In this document: positions 1 to 12,449 of the stretch, one piece after another
Position numbering within the stretch: the first letter of the stretch is position 1
Layout: every line of letters begins with the position of its first letter
Source of the DNA: Paraphysomonas bandaiensis
Lineage: Eukaryota; Protista; Chrysophyceae
Assembly: GCA_965644295.1 (NCBI GenBank)
Contig: CBFFRP010000029.1
Span: forward strand, 1-64,000
Direction: 5' to 3'
Length of the DNA: 64,000 nucleotides
Translations under genes and position numbers: made by a program
The notes under the pieces: model-generated
The model's database searches: none
Told to the model about the DNA's origin: nothing
Seen by the model: the letters and a program-made list of their open reading frames with translations, nothing else

Positions 1-697
1 ATTGTCATAGTCATAATATATCATATATCTTAGTGTAGAAAGCAGCAAATACAATATAATATTCAAATCTATGTTTGCACAGATAGTATGTACAAACTTA
101 AGCATATACAATAGAGAGCTTGTAGACTAGAATAACTTAATAGCTGGTTATTACATCGTCCAATCAGCAAACTCCTTACCGCATGTCAAGTTATGACACA
201 ATTGGATGATTACTAAGTTAACTGGACGTGTATTCACTCATGATTCAAGTTAAGATAAGAGAAGATTAAAATAAATATACCAAGCAATATATCACGTTAT
301 CTCTACTACCACTCATTTCTAGTACGATCTTACATCATGATATCACTTCTATAATACAGCTCATCACTACTGTATTCTCCAGTGCGTGGATATCAAACCC
401 GGAATTCTCCAGTAAACTTCTCCAGCCTTAAAGTCAATATATATATATAATAAGAACATATATATATATGTATCATCCATCATCATTATCATCATGTCTT
501 TCTTTGTCTTTTGAATGATTATGTAAATATCAATGATAAGCATGAATTGTCATAGTCATAATATATCATATATCTTAGTGTGAGTTATGGCAATAATAAT
601 AATATTCAAACTATGTTTGCACAGATAGTATGTACAAACTTAAGCATATACAATAGAGAGCTTGTAGAATAGAATAACCTGATAGCTGGTTATTACA
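1..697. repeat. Direct repeat pair (1-155 and 546-697); second unit is LTR-like, 522-697
   Basis: About 150 bp of near-identical sequence, both copies ending GCTGGTTATTACA. The second unit can be bounded TGTAA(522)...TTACA(697). No PBS or PPT was recognised. Confidence 0.7.
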
Positions 698-705
698 AAG
701 TTTAC

Positions 706-853
706 TGTAGTCAAACTAGATAGACACTTTTATTATATTGCGTACTCAATGTAGAAACGGGTAATCGTCATTATACTACAGGTAAAGATATCATCTAGGA
801 TAAAACGGATGTGAAATCTTCATAAAGATACAAAGATACTGTGTACATGATAC
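706..853 (-). mobile_element. Partial LTR related to the Copia 5' LTR at 19085-19279
   Basis: The reverse complement GTACGCAATATAATAAAAGTGTCTATCTAGTTTGACTACA-GTAAACTT matches GTATGCAATTATAATAAAGAGTTTATCTAGTTTGATTACA-ATAAGCTT at ~19240-19287. Confidence 0.55.
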
Positions 854-1140
854 TGCCCCATTCTGAGCGCGTACTTAGGTAGATTCGGATGGGGGTCGGG
901 TGGGTACCTAACTAATACTTGATTTAAGTCCCATACGTTATTTGCTAGCTACCTACTGATCCCAACTAGCTACATCATTATCACATGGTATTCAGCGCTG
1001 AATATGCAGTGAGACCCCGGGTGGGGTAGTGCTGAACTAAGCAATGTGTACATAGATAGAGGCGATCAATCGCAGCAGCACTCAGCCGCACCCACTAGGG
1101 GGCCGCACGCAGTAATTAGTTACGCTGTCAATATGGGGCA
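854..1140 (+). mobile_element. Solo-LTR-like repeat, family A copy 1 (287 bp)
   Basis: Termini TGCCCCAT...ATGGGGCA (TG..CA with an 8-bp inverted repeat). Near-identical copies at 5169-5710 and 12082-12344. Confidence 0.8.
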
Positions 1141-1151
1141 CTGACGTCTGC

Positions 1152-2573
1152 TCAAGAATCGTCATCACACTCATAACAATTCGCAAAGAATTCAAAATCT
1201 TGTACATCTCGAACCAGAGCTATAGTAGCGCCCAAACCTCCGATGCACACGCCACCTATAAACACTCCTGCCGCAGCAACCCAGTTAAAAGCGAACATAT
1301 ATGGCAAATGCACCCATTCAGGTGGTTTCTTCACCATAGATTCCTGTTCTTCCGATTTTTGATATACAATGTTGTATGCGACAAGAGGAATAATATAAGT
1401 CGATAGACTTACGCCGAATGCCCCGAGAAGTGTATTCACTGACCCATAAAACGGCATCGCCGCGGCTAACATTAGTAAAAACATTGCCAAAGGTATGCGG
1501 CATAAAATTCTTTTGTAATAGTTCTCATTGTAAACATTCCAGTATTTTTCCCACATGTGATACAGCGGCCCAGAAAACAGTCCAAAGGCAACCATTTGGT
1601 GGATGACCATCATTACAATACCTACATCTCTCTGTATAGACGTGTCATAAAGACTGAAAGCATTCGCATTATATCGGGTTTCTTTTCCGAACATATAATA
1701 CGTAGAAATTGCGTTAGGTAACGTCAGGGTAAATACATAAAGATAAGAGTAAAAGTAGCATTGGTCATACGCAGCCGGGTCGTCCATCACATCAGCAACC
1801 TCAATATTAGAGCTATGTCCACCGAATGTGAAGAGTATTCCCACCATACCCTGAAAATAATTAAGTATACCTCCAGTAGTGTAGTTGACATCGTCTACTT
1901 GTCCTTCCTTTATCGACTCAAACGTCATGAACCAAGACACATAAGTTGTTGTAAGAACGCCAAACACAGACATGACTCTATAGTGGCGAAAATTTGGTAT
2001 GAACAGCATAAACAGAAATATACACCCCCATATAAATGTCCAGCTCCGTTTGCTTAAACGTTCTTCAAGGAGGTAAAAATTTGAAGCTGTTGCAATAATT
2101 TGAACCGCCGATAGTCCAACCAGAGATATGTACACCACGATTTGGCTGAGTAGTCCCATCCTTTGACCAACTAAATTATACATAAGTTCAGAGTATGAGA
2201 CAATGTGAAATGGATCCCGATGATGCGGATGAGTTGAATCCACATCTATTTTGCGACGATAAGTTGCATGGAGACTGACTAACAAGAAGTTCGTATAGAG
2301 AGCTAATGTGGCAAAGAGAAATTGAAATATGATCCCAGAAGCCAATCCGGTCAATGAAAACATGAACGGAAGGGTCAAGATAACTTGACCAACTTCCTGT
2401 GAAGCAGCTAGCAGGAACCCATCAAATATCCCACCACCATCTAGTATGAACCCCAGTAAATATCCCCCACTACTCTCTCTGTGTCCTTTCGACAGTAAAG
2501 ATGTTCTTGTTTCTGATAATCGACACTCCGATAGAGCAGAGTCTCTCCTACAAGAGACAAGAGGGTCCTCCAT
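1152..2573 (-). CDS. AUX1: AUX1/LAX-like amino acid/auxin permease (AAAP family), intronless, 473 aa
   Basis: Colinear with plant AUX1 motifs as recalled: GGGIFDGFLLAASQEVGQVILTLP (GGSVFDAWFSCASNQVAQVLLTLP), QIIATASN, KRSWTFIWG, FIPNFRHYR, TFGGH, YVFTLTLP, HQMVAFG, PLYHMWEK, YIIP, KPP and C-terminal FANCYEC (FAKCYQC). Confidence 0.9.
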   Translation of the reverse strand: MEDPLVSCRRDSALSECRLSETRTSLLSKGHRESSGGYLLGFILDGGGIFDGFLLAASQEVGQVILTLPFMFSLTGLASGIIFQFLFATLALYTNFLLVSLHATYRRKIDVDSTHPHHRDPFHIVSYSELMYNLVGQRMGLLSQIVVYISLVGLSAVQIIATASNFYLLEERLSKRSWTFIWGCIFLFMLFIPNFRHYRVMSVFGVLTTTYVSWFMTFESIKEGQVDDVNYTTGGILNYFQGMVGILFTFGGHSSNIEVADVMDDPAAYDQCYFYSYLYVFTLTLPNAISTYYMFGKETRYNANAFSLYDTSIQRDVGIVMMVIHQMVAFGLFSGPLYHMWEKYWNVYNENYYKRILCRIPLAMFLLMLAAAMPFYGSVNTLLGAFGVSLSTYIIPLVAYNIVYQKSEEQESMVKKPPEWVHLPYMFAFNWVAAAGVFIGGVCIGGLGATIALVRDVQDFEFFANCYECDDDS

Positions 2574-3011
2574 ACTAACAATACTCAGTCGCTACTGTAA
2601 TGTGGCATATAGGAGTGGTGTGATACTGGTGTATCATTGTGTATCATGCACACACAGACTGTCTCTGCATGGTGCGTCATGTCCAACCTGCTGTGGATAC
2701 ACACCACAGCAGATGCATGTACTGCTGCACAGCAGGCGGTGTAGAAAGATACCATAAAACAAGCATTTTCAGGGATCGTATTGTCTAAAAGTCGTTATTT
2801 TTATGAAACCAGCAGCACAGCGTACTGCAGCACAGCACATGTTTGTACTGCTGTATAGTGTATGTGTATGTATGCACGTACAGCGGCAGTGTGTATATAT
2901 ATACGTGTGTTCAGTTATATAGAATCGTTGCTTATAGGTACGTTATGACAGACAGCACACTCATCGAGCATTCCATAATTGCATCATAAGCACTAGTTGA
3001 TCAAACCCCAA

Positions 3012-4481
3012 ATGCTATTGCCACTTCTCCTGTGCATTCCAGTGGCTAGTGCCTATGTATATCCACTGACTACAAGCAATTTCAGTTCATTCATCGAGTC
3101 GTCCCCTATAGCTCTAGTTGAGTTTTATGCACCATGGTAGGAATGATGCACTTCACTCATGCAGATATCTCATTGTGATATCACATAGGTGTGGACACTG
3201 CAAGAAGTTAGCCCCTATATATGAAGAAGCTGCTGCTGTGTTGGCTGCGGATAATATTCCTCTTGCAAGTGTGAACTGCGTTGAAGAAACATCACTGTAT
3301 TACAAGCATGATATTCAAGGCTATCCTACAATCAAGGCCTTCCTTTTAGGTTATACGTGTATTTACATTAGTTTTATTTGAAGTAATGGTTATGTAATAG
3401 GTGAACCAATACTCTATGATGGTGCACGGGAGCTACAGGATATTGTAGACTTTATGAGAAATATGGCAAGCCCTGGGACAGTAGACGTGGATACCGATGG
3501 TCTTCAGGCGTTCACCGCGGAGCATCTTGCTGAGAATCACCCCGTAATGGTAGCATTTTTACCTCCGCCCTCGGAACCAATGCACACCGATACGCTGAGG
3601 GCGTTCCAACTAGCCTGCAAGCGCGTTGGTATATTCTCCTGTGGAGTATCACAAAATGTCGCCCTACTTAAGGTAGGTTACTCCACATATCACTTTTATT
3701 TCTCAACAACCAAAATGTAACTTTCAGGGTATTGCTGGTGATGCTATGTCGGTGCCATCACTTGTGATGCTGCGGGCATTCGAAGACCCCTTCGAACAAC
3801 GTCATCTTGTGGGGCCATCGGTCTCTGACCTATTCCCTACAGAATCAGTCAGCAATAATATAGGGGCAGCAGCCCAAGCCATGGCCCAGTGGATGGTAAA
3901 TTACGGCTATCCTGAAGTGACCGTCTTCGCTGAGAAAAATGCAGAATTAATGTTCTCGGACAAGCGCCCGGTATATAAATACACCCTGTAGAATGTTGTG
4001 TGTGTATTGTCCAGTTACTCCAATACTTACTGCTCTGATATATTTTGTTCTGATGATATATTATTAAGGGATTCGCTACACACATTCTGTTTTTTTTCGA
4101 CAACAGTTCCCCCACGGAGACTGCTGAAATGAAAAGATTTAGAGAACTATCTCGCCGTCATCGAGGAGAGGCGGTGTTTATTCTGGTCGATACAGCCACC
4201 GTGGATACTAATGATTATGCCTCAAGTAATGTGTACTACTGGCTCAGACTCTTTATTTATTGATTATTTCTGTAGGTGTGATGGAGGATCTTGGGGTCGT
4301 GGGACACGCCCCTACTGTGATTATCATTCGATCAGCGAAGACGCAGGTAGAGTTCTACCGCCTCAGCTCTGAGTCTGAGGCAACTTCCTTCAACGTGGAT
4401 GCAATGACCACTCACATTGAGAGTTTTTTTTCCAACAGTCTTGATCCAACAAATGTAGTAAGTCAGGAACCGTCAACTTAA
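3012..4481 (+). CDS. Protein disulfide isomerase-like protein (signal peptide, one active thioredoxin domain plus b-type domains), multi-exon
   Basis: ATG at 3012 gives MLLPLLLCIPVASA. VEFYAPW|CGHCKKLAP is joined across a GT-AG intron, followed by IQGYPTIK and YDGAR. TAA at 4481. Confidence 0.85.
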
Positions 4482-4690
4482 GTATGCAAATGTAAAAATT
4501 GTTGTAGGGGTTGTTACCTAACGAACTTAAAATAACGATTGGTACTTTTCCCAGTATTATATTTTTGAACACGTAGCGTATTGTGATACAGGCAATATCA
4601 AAATCAAATATCAAAAGAAGTCATAGAAATGTTGCACCTGACTTAAGGGAATATGAAACCCGATAGTGTATTATAATGAACTATACAGCT

Positions 4691-4789
4691 CAGGGCCTGG
4701 TAACCATTAACCCTTAACGGATTATGGTAGACCAGTTCCCGGCAATTATAATGGCTTTAGCCATTACCACTAACTGCTATTAGGCCCTG
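4691..4789. mobile_element. 99-bp hAT-type MITE
   Basis: Perfect TIR CAGGGCCT/AGGCCCTG with an exact 8-bp TSD ATACAGCT (4683-4690 and 4790-4797). Confidence 0.85.
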
Positions 4790-5168
4790 ATACAGCTATA
4801 CAATATACTATAGCCTATAGCTATTAGGAAGTTAGGAATATTATGTGAACTACGCAGTTGTTCCTATTTAGTAAATATTAAGTATATGTAAAAGTATAAG
4901 TATGTAAATGATAATTTGATATGCATAGAGTATGCCACAACTTAATCGACTTAAATCTCCTTAACGTGTGAAAAAACTGTTGCCAGATGGGCACAAGTAA
5001 ACAATTTAGACGCAAACGATATTTTCTGTATCAATCTTTATTTTTCAAATGTGAATTCCTTATGGGTTATTTTACAAGAATAAGAGGAATAGCTACTCAT
5101 AGAAGGGAATATACTCAAGCAAATAATTTGGAGTTATCCCACAATATAATATGTAGTCCTATCTTTGT

Positions 5169-5710
5169 TTCCCCATTCTGAGCGCGTACTTAGGTAGAGC
5201 CGGGTGGGGGCCGGGTGGGTACCTAACTAATACTTGATTTAAGTCCCATACGTTATTTGCTAGCTACCTACTGATCCCAACTAGCTACATCATTATCACA
5301 CGGTATTCAGCGCTGAATATGCAGTGAGACCCGGGTGGGGAACCGCTGAACTAAGCAATGTGTACATAGGTAGAGGCGAGCAATCGCAGCACTCAGTAGC
5401 ACCCACTAGAGGGTATTGAGAATTGCTCATTTTAAGCTAGATCACAGAGAGAATTTGTCGTAAGACTAGATAGATTTATTAATATCGTTTACACGAAGTT
5501 GTGATATATATCCTACATATGCGAACCTCTCGTTACTGAACATATCTTGAAAGATCAAACTATTTCAGTTTCTCAATATCATCACAGCATTTGTACATCA
5601 CTATATTCTCGTACATTGTCGTCAAGTGACATACTGAATATACTAGAATAAGATCCATATTCTAATAGAGGGCCGCACGCAGTGATTAGTTACGATGTCA
5701 ATATGGGGCA
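5169..5710 (+). mobile_element. Family A LTR-like repeat copy 2, interrupted by a nested insertion
   Basis: Matches 854-1140 over 5169-5413 and 5668-5710. Confidence 0.8.
5414..5667. mobile_element. 254-bp nested insertion, probable solo LTR with TATT..AATA ends
   Basis: Absent from copy 3, which shows the empty site TAGAGGGCCGC. TSD GAGGG (5409-5413 and 5668-5672); imperfect TIR TATTGAGAAT/ATTCTAATA. Confidence 0.75.
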
Positions 5711-6024
5711 ATATGAACCGAGTAAACTGTGATTAGCCCGATTAACTAGTACCACTTATAAGGCTATCGTAACGCAAGTATATTGTTGCTATATTGGTGC
5801 TTACTTAGATTTTAATACAATACTTTGGATTCGTTGGCGACAATTATGTTTTATATATTTTATTCATAACATCGTCATGTCTGATACGTTCGGTGAGTTT
5901 TCATCACAATTCTTGTTTGGGAATTTCCTCGATTCACTGCCTCTAGTGCAGACAAGAATACTTAAAATTTACTCACACGTTTAGAGTGCTTCGCGAGATA
6001 TCACTACTTAGTTAGACAAGTAGT

Positions 6025-9000
6025 TTAAAGACAAGCATTTCTCTCATCTTGAACTGCCATCTCTAGTGATTCCATTTTGTCATCTGAACTTCTTTTTACT
6101 ATCTCATAGCCTTCTCCTTTCTGTTCTTCCCTATCGCTCACCATAGCATCAGGAGTTCCAACTGAAGACTCTGGCTTGAACGGCAAAAGAGGTATGGTTA
6201 ACTTATTCGTCTGGAGAGCGAACAAGAAATACTGAGATACTCTGAAAAATACGACATATGCCAATAACACCCCTAACATGCCCCAGGCAGGGATATCTCT
6301 AAGGTTGAAAATTTGGTCCAACACCTGCTTGCCAGTCATTTCTATCTTGGGGTCGCTCCCAGAGACGGTGAAGTCTTGGTCACGAAAGATCATCCACGTG
6401 AATCCGTTAAAAGACCACTGCAAGAGTAAAACACATCAGGAACACCGACAACTGCAAATCGCATCTAGCACAAATATAAAACTTAACAATGAACTTACAT
6501 GGAGCGGAACCACAGAGCACAACCAGGCCACAGCTTTAGGCATTGCCGACTGCTCACGAAAAAAACCTGAAAAAAGCATATTCGTTCCAATAAATATCAT
6601 TCCTGCCGTCGTACTTAAGAAATCGTTCTTCAGAACCTCTACTATGACCATAATTGCACTCTCTTGTAGTATCAAGTGACCCCATGAAATGAAAATGTCA
6701 TACAGGAAAGTTTCTCCATGAGGATTGAGGTCCACCAACCAGTGAAAAATACACACAAAGATGAACGCTGCAAAGAGATTGTAAACAGTCGACACGATAA
6801 ACTGGGCAACGACGTATACTCCTGGAGAGTAGAAGCCATTGGCAACTCTATCTACTGCCTCACGTCGGTCACGGGCAAACAAAGAGGTACTTGTCACCGC
6901 GCACAGCATAACAGCCACGGCAGTAGAACACATAGCTCCCACATAAGCATTAATCTGATCTGTCTCAGTATCGAGATCAAGGAATAAAGTACCCTCAAAG
7001 ACTGCTACGATAATCAGTGAATACACACGGTATACAAAATACCCTGGCTCTTTCATGAAGTAATATAAAAAGTGGAGAATCATAATGATCAGGCGATTCA
7101 GTATACTCGGTGGGGTCCGAGGTTCGACAGAGGATGTCACTTTTTTCGATGCCTCAAACGCTGTGTAGTATTTGTTTCCATATTCAGACTCATTAAAAAG
7201 CTCTGTCCAAGTCTTATCGTGGCCTTTCGGATCACTCTGCACAAGATCCAGGTAATAGTCCGCTGGATTAATTTTCTCCGGGTTAGTATACCCCAGAGAA
7301 GAGAAGTAATGCTTTGCGTCGGCAATGCTCCCACCGTAAACCATACGCCCTGCTTCCAAAAGAAACAAGTCATCCAGCATCTCAAAAACCAAAGCCGAGG
7401 GCTGGTGGATGGTCATAATAATGGCGATATTCGTCGTTTTAGCCACAGATGCTAGATACTTCACTATACTGTAAGAGGCGGTACTGTCAACACCAGTGGT
7501 AGGCTCTATACACAATTAGGATTATATAACGTAATAATACAAGTAATAACGTATAAGATAGTATTAATAAACACCATCGGGCATACTATATAGGCGCTTA
7601 CGTACCGTCTAGGAAAAGTATAGAGGGATTGGAAATAAGTCCCACTCCGATGCTGACCCGTTTTATCTCACCACCAGACAGGTGTCTGACTTGAGTGTCT
7701 TTCTTTTCTGTCAATCCTAGCACCTTCAAAATCTCCATAGCCCTAGCTTCCATCTTGGAACAATCATGGCAGGTAAGTCGGCCCACCAACAGCACATGCT
7801 GGAAGACGGTTAACACATCGTTGACCTCATCAAACTGAGGCACATAAGTGAGGTCATGTGATGTCATGTCTTTCCCCAGAAACTTTACAGAACCCTCAAG
7901 TTTGGCATAAGAGGCACGTTTTGCTAAGCCGCTGCAGAACACACACTATTAAAAATCGAATGACTAGCGCATGTTCAGTAGGACAGTGCAGTTACGTATA
8001 AAACTATCGCGGCAAAAAGCATATATTGTAGAATATAGAATACGTATATCATTTCCATCACAGAAGTAACTAGTAGGCAATTAATCGTACTTGAGTAGCG
8101 TTGTTTTACCAGCCCCAGATGGACCCATGAGTGCAAGCACACGCCCAGGTTGAACATATCCAGACACGTCATCAACAAGCCTCTGCCCTGTTTTTGATAG
8201 TACTACGCTTAAGTTTGACCACGAAAGTGATCCGTGGCTTTCTTCATGAAACGAGCCTTGGCGTACCGTTCGGCCTTGGATTTGATCGGCAGGAGACACC
8301 ACTGACTGAGACTGCACACTCGTGTATATACTCTTTTCAGCCGCAGAGTTACTGTTATCGTTTCCACATGACGCATTGCTTGCTGCTGTAGAATTATCTG
8401 CTGGTGTTCTCACATAACAGGACTTTGCCCAGTAGAAAATACTATCGACCGGGTAATACGTCAGAAATGCAACCCCAAGTTTCAGGCCCACAAATATGAT
8501 ACACATGTATCCGAAATATTCCCAGTAACTCTCATCTCTCTGTATTCCCTGGTTAACTTCCAACATCTCACGGCCATTTACTTCACACCCCGCGTTTGTA
8601 TCGTGGTAATAGTCGCACTCATACCGAATGCCCGTCCCTGGCTCTATACACTGTCCCTCGGAGTCAACTTCATCGCACCTAAAGTCCATGTACTGAAAGA
8701 CTTCCATACTGATTGTGCGACTTCCTTGAGCAAAGACAGTAGCCTCTTGCAACCATATCCAGTACCTACCATATATATGACACATATATTAATACAAATA
8801 GAAGTGTGTGTGAACGAGGAGTATACGATATAGAATGGTTTGTAGACAATACACCTACTACCTTGGACAGTCGTTCCAGGCAACAAACACACCACCACCA
8901 AACACCTGAAGGTTAACAAGGCATATTTGGGCGAACACCATCGATGTTGTAGGATTGTTGGACAGCAGAGTTACAACAGCAATCATCGCTTCTGCAGTCA

Positions 9001-10577
9001 TGAACACCTGAAGTACACTGTAAGACGACGGTATATCGTAGACATAGATTTACATTATGAATTACACCACTAACGATGTATTCTAACTTACCATCCAACC
9101 TGCCAGAATGAGAAAAGGGTATGCTCTGGCTGGGAAGCCCATCATGAAGTACATTATCACACCTACAGGGAAAAACATAACTCCCAATGTGGCTGTCGAG
9201 ATCGTGTCCGATAAGAGGACCGCAAACTTGCTGTACTTGGCATTGTAAACCTCATGAGTAGCACGCTTGGTGGAAGAGCTTAGGTAATACACCTTGAAGG
9301 CATGTACCCAACAATAGGAAAGTACAATCCATAACAGCGCAGATGAAAATATGTTGAAACTCCCATCAACTTGGCGGGGGAGGTTCCAAAACACAGCGCC
9401 AATAAGTACTGCAAAGGAGAGCATTAAATTGAGTTGAAAGTGGTACAATGTAGGATCCCTATAGGCCAGAGTGTAATCTCTATATATCAGCAAATACAAT
9501 TGCTTTATAAAAGGTACTGTATTTTTGGGCACGTCGACAGAGTGCGTGCCAGTCTCACATATCTTCTTATGATTTTCAAGAGTATTCCGCAATTCGACCC
9601 CCTCAGGAGCGGCGTGGAACATACAGCTAAAATCCGTTTCCTGGTCAATAGAAAAGCTCTTGTCTGTAATCTGGAGAAAATAGTCAGTTGGGGTGACGGA
9701 AGTAGGACAGGAAAAGCCATGTCGAGAAAAGTATTCTTCACACTCTGATAGAGCCCCAAAAAATACCCCTCCTCCACTTTCCATGAGCATAATGTGATCG
9801 AATAATTGCAACATGCGAGAGTTCGGTTGATGAATGGATAACATGACCGAGAATTTTCCTTCGCTTGATTTGACCAAATCGTGGATACATGACAAAACTT
9901 CAAATGCAACGCTTGAATCTAAGCCTGATGTGGGCTCGTCTAAAATGAGAATGCTTGGTGATGCTATGAGCTCGCATGCAATCTCCGCCCGCTTTTTCTG
10001 ACCCCCACTCAAACCACGCTGCAAGTCATTCAGAGCGGTTAGAAAACATACAAACCATAGAATGACACAAAATAATAACCCATAACATGAAATCATTACA
10101 GAGCAGACAACGTACAAAGATGAGAGTGCCTATGATTCCATCTGCTACATGATCGATACCGAGCTTTTTCAACAAATCCGCGACATCCTTTTCAATAACT
10201 TCTTCCGAGTCATTCCTTTTAAACATCGCCGTATATTTAGTGACCTCTCTAGCTGTGAGTTCGCCCAACACGCTGTCATTCTGAGGCACATAAGCTACTG
10301 GATTGTGTATATTCTTGGGATTAACAATTCGACCATTCATATACACATCTCCCAATACATCCAGATCTTGAATACGCCCTGAAAGGGTTTTTAACAGCAC
10401 ACTTTTCCCCGCTGCAGAGGGTCCTAACACAGCTGTTATTCCGCCTTTCACGACATATCCAGAGACATTCTTTAATATATAATTGGAATCAATTAAACTG
10501 TACACAGAGAGATCTTTAAATCCAACTGAGATGTTCTCTGCCTTAATCCCATAGCCACTTTCAGGATCCTGTGACAT
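6025..10577 (-). CDS. Full-size ABCG (PDR-topology, NBD-TMD-NBD-TMD) transporter, multi-exon
   Basis: NBD1: GPSAAGKS, LSGGQKKR, ILILDEPTSGLDS, SIHQP. NBD2: GPSGAGKT, LSGGEIKR, ILFLD|EPTTGVDS, TIHQP. Two ABC2-type membrane domains; the ORF pieces are joined by GT-AG introns. Confidence 0.92.
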
Positions 10578-10997
10578 GACTTTATCAGACACAATATGCA
10601 GTGAGTTATGGCACTTGAGAAGTAGTGAGTTATCATCTCAGTTGCTTCCATCCACTTGTTTGAGTGTCAAATTATTTTCTGAGTAAATTCGGCTTCACTT
10701 TTTACATCTTTAATGTAATTTTGTCTATACATGCTGTCAATAACCATTTTCTATAGTTCATATTTTTGTCCTATGTTTTTAAGGTATTTTTACATTTTTC
10801 GATTCTAACTTATATTGTCCTGGAATTCCAAATCCTAGAATCCTATAGGAGCATGAGCGATATATCTATTCAAATGCAAATACAGCACATAGCACTACGT
10901 CGTTCTTGATTCGCCTGGGGTGGCCTCTACACAAAAACATGTTAACGTTTTTGCTATCGCAGTATGTATGGCAGGTTTTTGAGCATTCTCAACACAC

Positions 10998-11342
10998 CGT
11001 ACCTTACGGTTGGTCATAAAAAAAGATAATATGACATGATGAAAACATCCATTTTTATAGGAGAAACTGTCAAAAACATGTGTTTTGTAAAGAAAAGTGG
11101 GATTTCAGGCCATATATATTGGATGCATTATGCTAGATCCAGGTCACCGTTTGTATCACGACAAGCACTCAGCCTACTCGACATAGGCTTGATAAAACTC
11201 GTGATAACAACATTATGACTCGAGGTTCCTAATATAGGCCGCAATATTATTTCTTACCATGCCATGAATGTTGGAAAGAAATGAAATCATTTCTTTCCAA
11301 GGTCCAAAATATTTTTATTTGATTTACCCACCGTAAGGAACG
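10998..11342. mobile_element. MITE-like element with ~15-bp TIRs and an internal perfect hairpin
   Basis: CGTACCTTACGGTTGG versus CCACCGTAAGGAACG. Internal 14-bp stem TTGGAAAGAAATGA-AA-TCATTTCTTTCCAA at 11271-11300. Confidence 0.55.
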
Positions 11343-12081
11343 CACTTAGCATGGCAGTTTTTTGAAACAGAACACACTTCTTTTCCAGCCTTCACTTCTA
11401 CTTGTATGTATAGATACGGACACAGGCAGGTCACTACTTTACAGTTGAACTTCAGGTACACTAAACTTGCTGTGGTGGACACGATGACGTTTAGAGATTT
11501 TTGATTGGTGTTCTACTACTTTCAGGGGGAGCGAATTGGAAGGAGCCCCCAAGAATTCGAAGATCACTCAGTGTTGCTCGCACAGGGAGCTGGAGAGCAC
11601 CCGATAGACTCTCGAAGGGTCGCTAATGAGTCTATTAGAGTATTATTAACATTGAAGCCTCGTATAATGCACCTGCTGTGCAGTTATAGGGTCCAAACGA
11701 CCTCGATAGGCACATGTTGCATCATTTCCCCAGCATCTCAATGGGGCAGCGAACACCCCAAAAAGGCTATGAAGTCCATTATGGTCCGTAATGGTCATAT
11801 CAAGCGCATTCTAGTTGGATCTTGTTTAGCGATGGAGCAGGAGTGTGTTTACCGGCTTCAGTTCCTATCTATATATATATATTCAATTCAGGCGCCCTGT
11901 TAAAAAATAAATATCTAATCTTGTCCCTAATTGCAGAACTGGACTAGTCAACCACGATGATGTATGTGCGGCCTGGACCACGGTGACATAGGGACGTAGG
12001 GTAAGAAAAAAGTGGTCGTCAAATGAGTTATGTGGGACACTCTCCTTAGTCACCGTGACCGAGTTGATCACACATGGGGGG

Positions 12082-12344
12082 TGCCCCATTCTGAGCGCGT
12101 ACTTAGGTAGAGCCGGGTGGGTACCTAACTAATACTTGATATAAGTCCCATACGTTATTTGCTAGCTACCTACTGATCCCAACTAGCTACATCATTATCA
12201 CACGGTATTCAGCGCTGAATATGCAGTGAGACCCCGGGCGGGGAACCGCTGAACTAAGCAATGTGTACATAGGTATAGGTGAGCAATCGCAGCACCCACT
12301 AGAGGGCCGCACGCAGTGATTAGTTACGCTGTCAATATGCGGCA
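12082..12344 (+). mobile_element. Family A LTR-like repeat copy 3, preceded by a PPT-like G run
   Basis: Matches 854-1140. GGGGGG immediately before the TG is consistent with a 3' LTR. Confidence 0.8.
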
Positions 12345-12449
12345 TCCGTGATATATGACCTCGTAGAACTAATCCCACAACATAACTACAAAAGACCTTG
12401 TAATATCACTCAAGATAAGCATTAAAACTTTCATACACTGATCTCATTA

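Noticed and set aside
11505-11903. 132-aa ORF upstream of LTR copy 3
   Set aside because: It has no recognisable motif and is probably decayed internal retroelement sequence.
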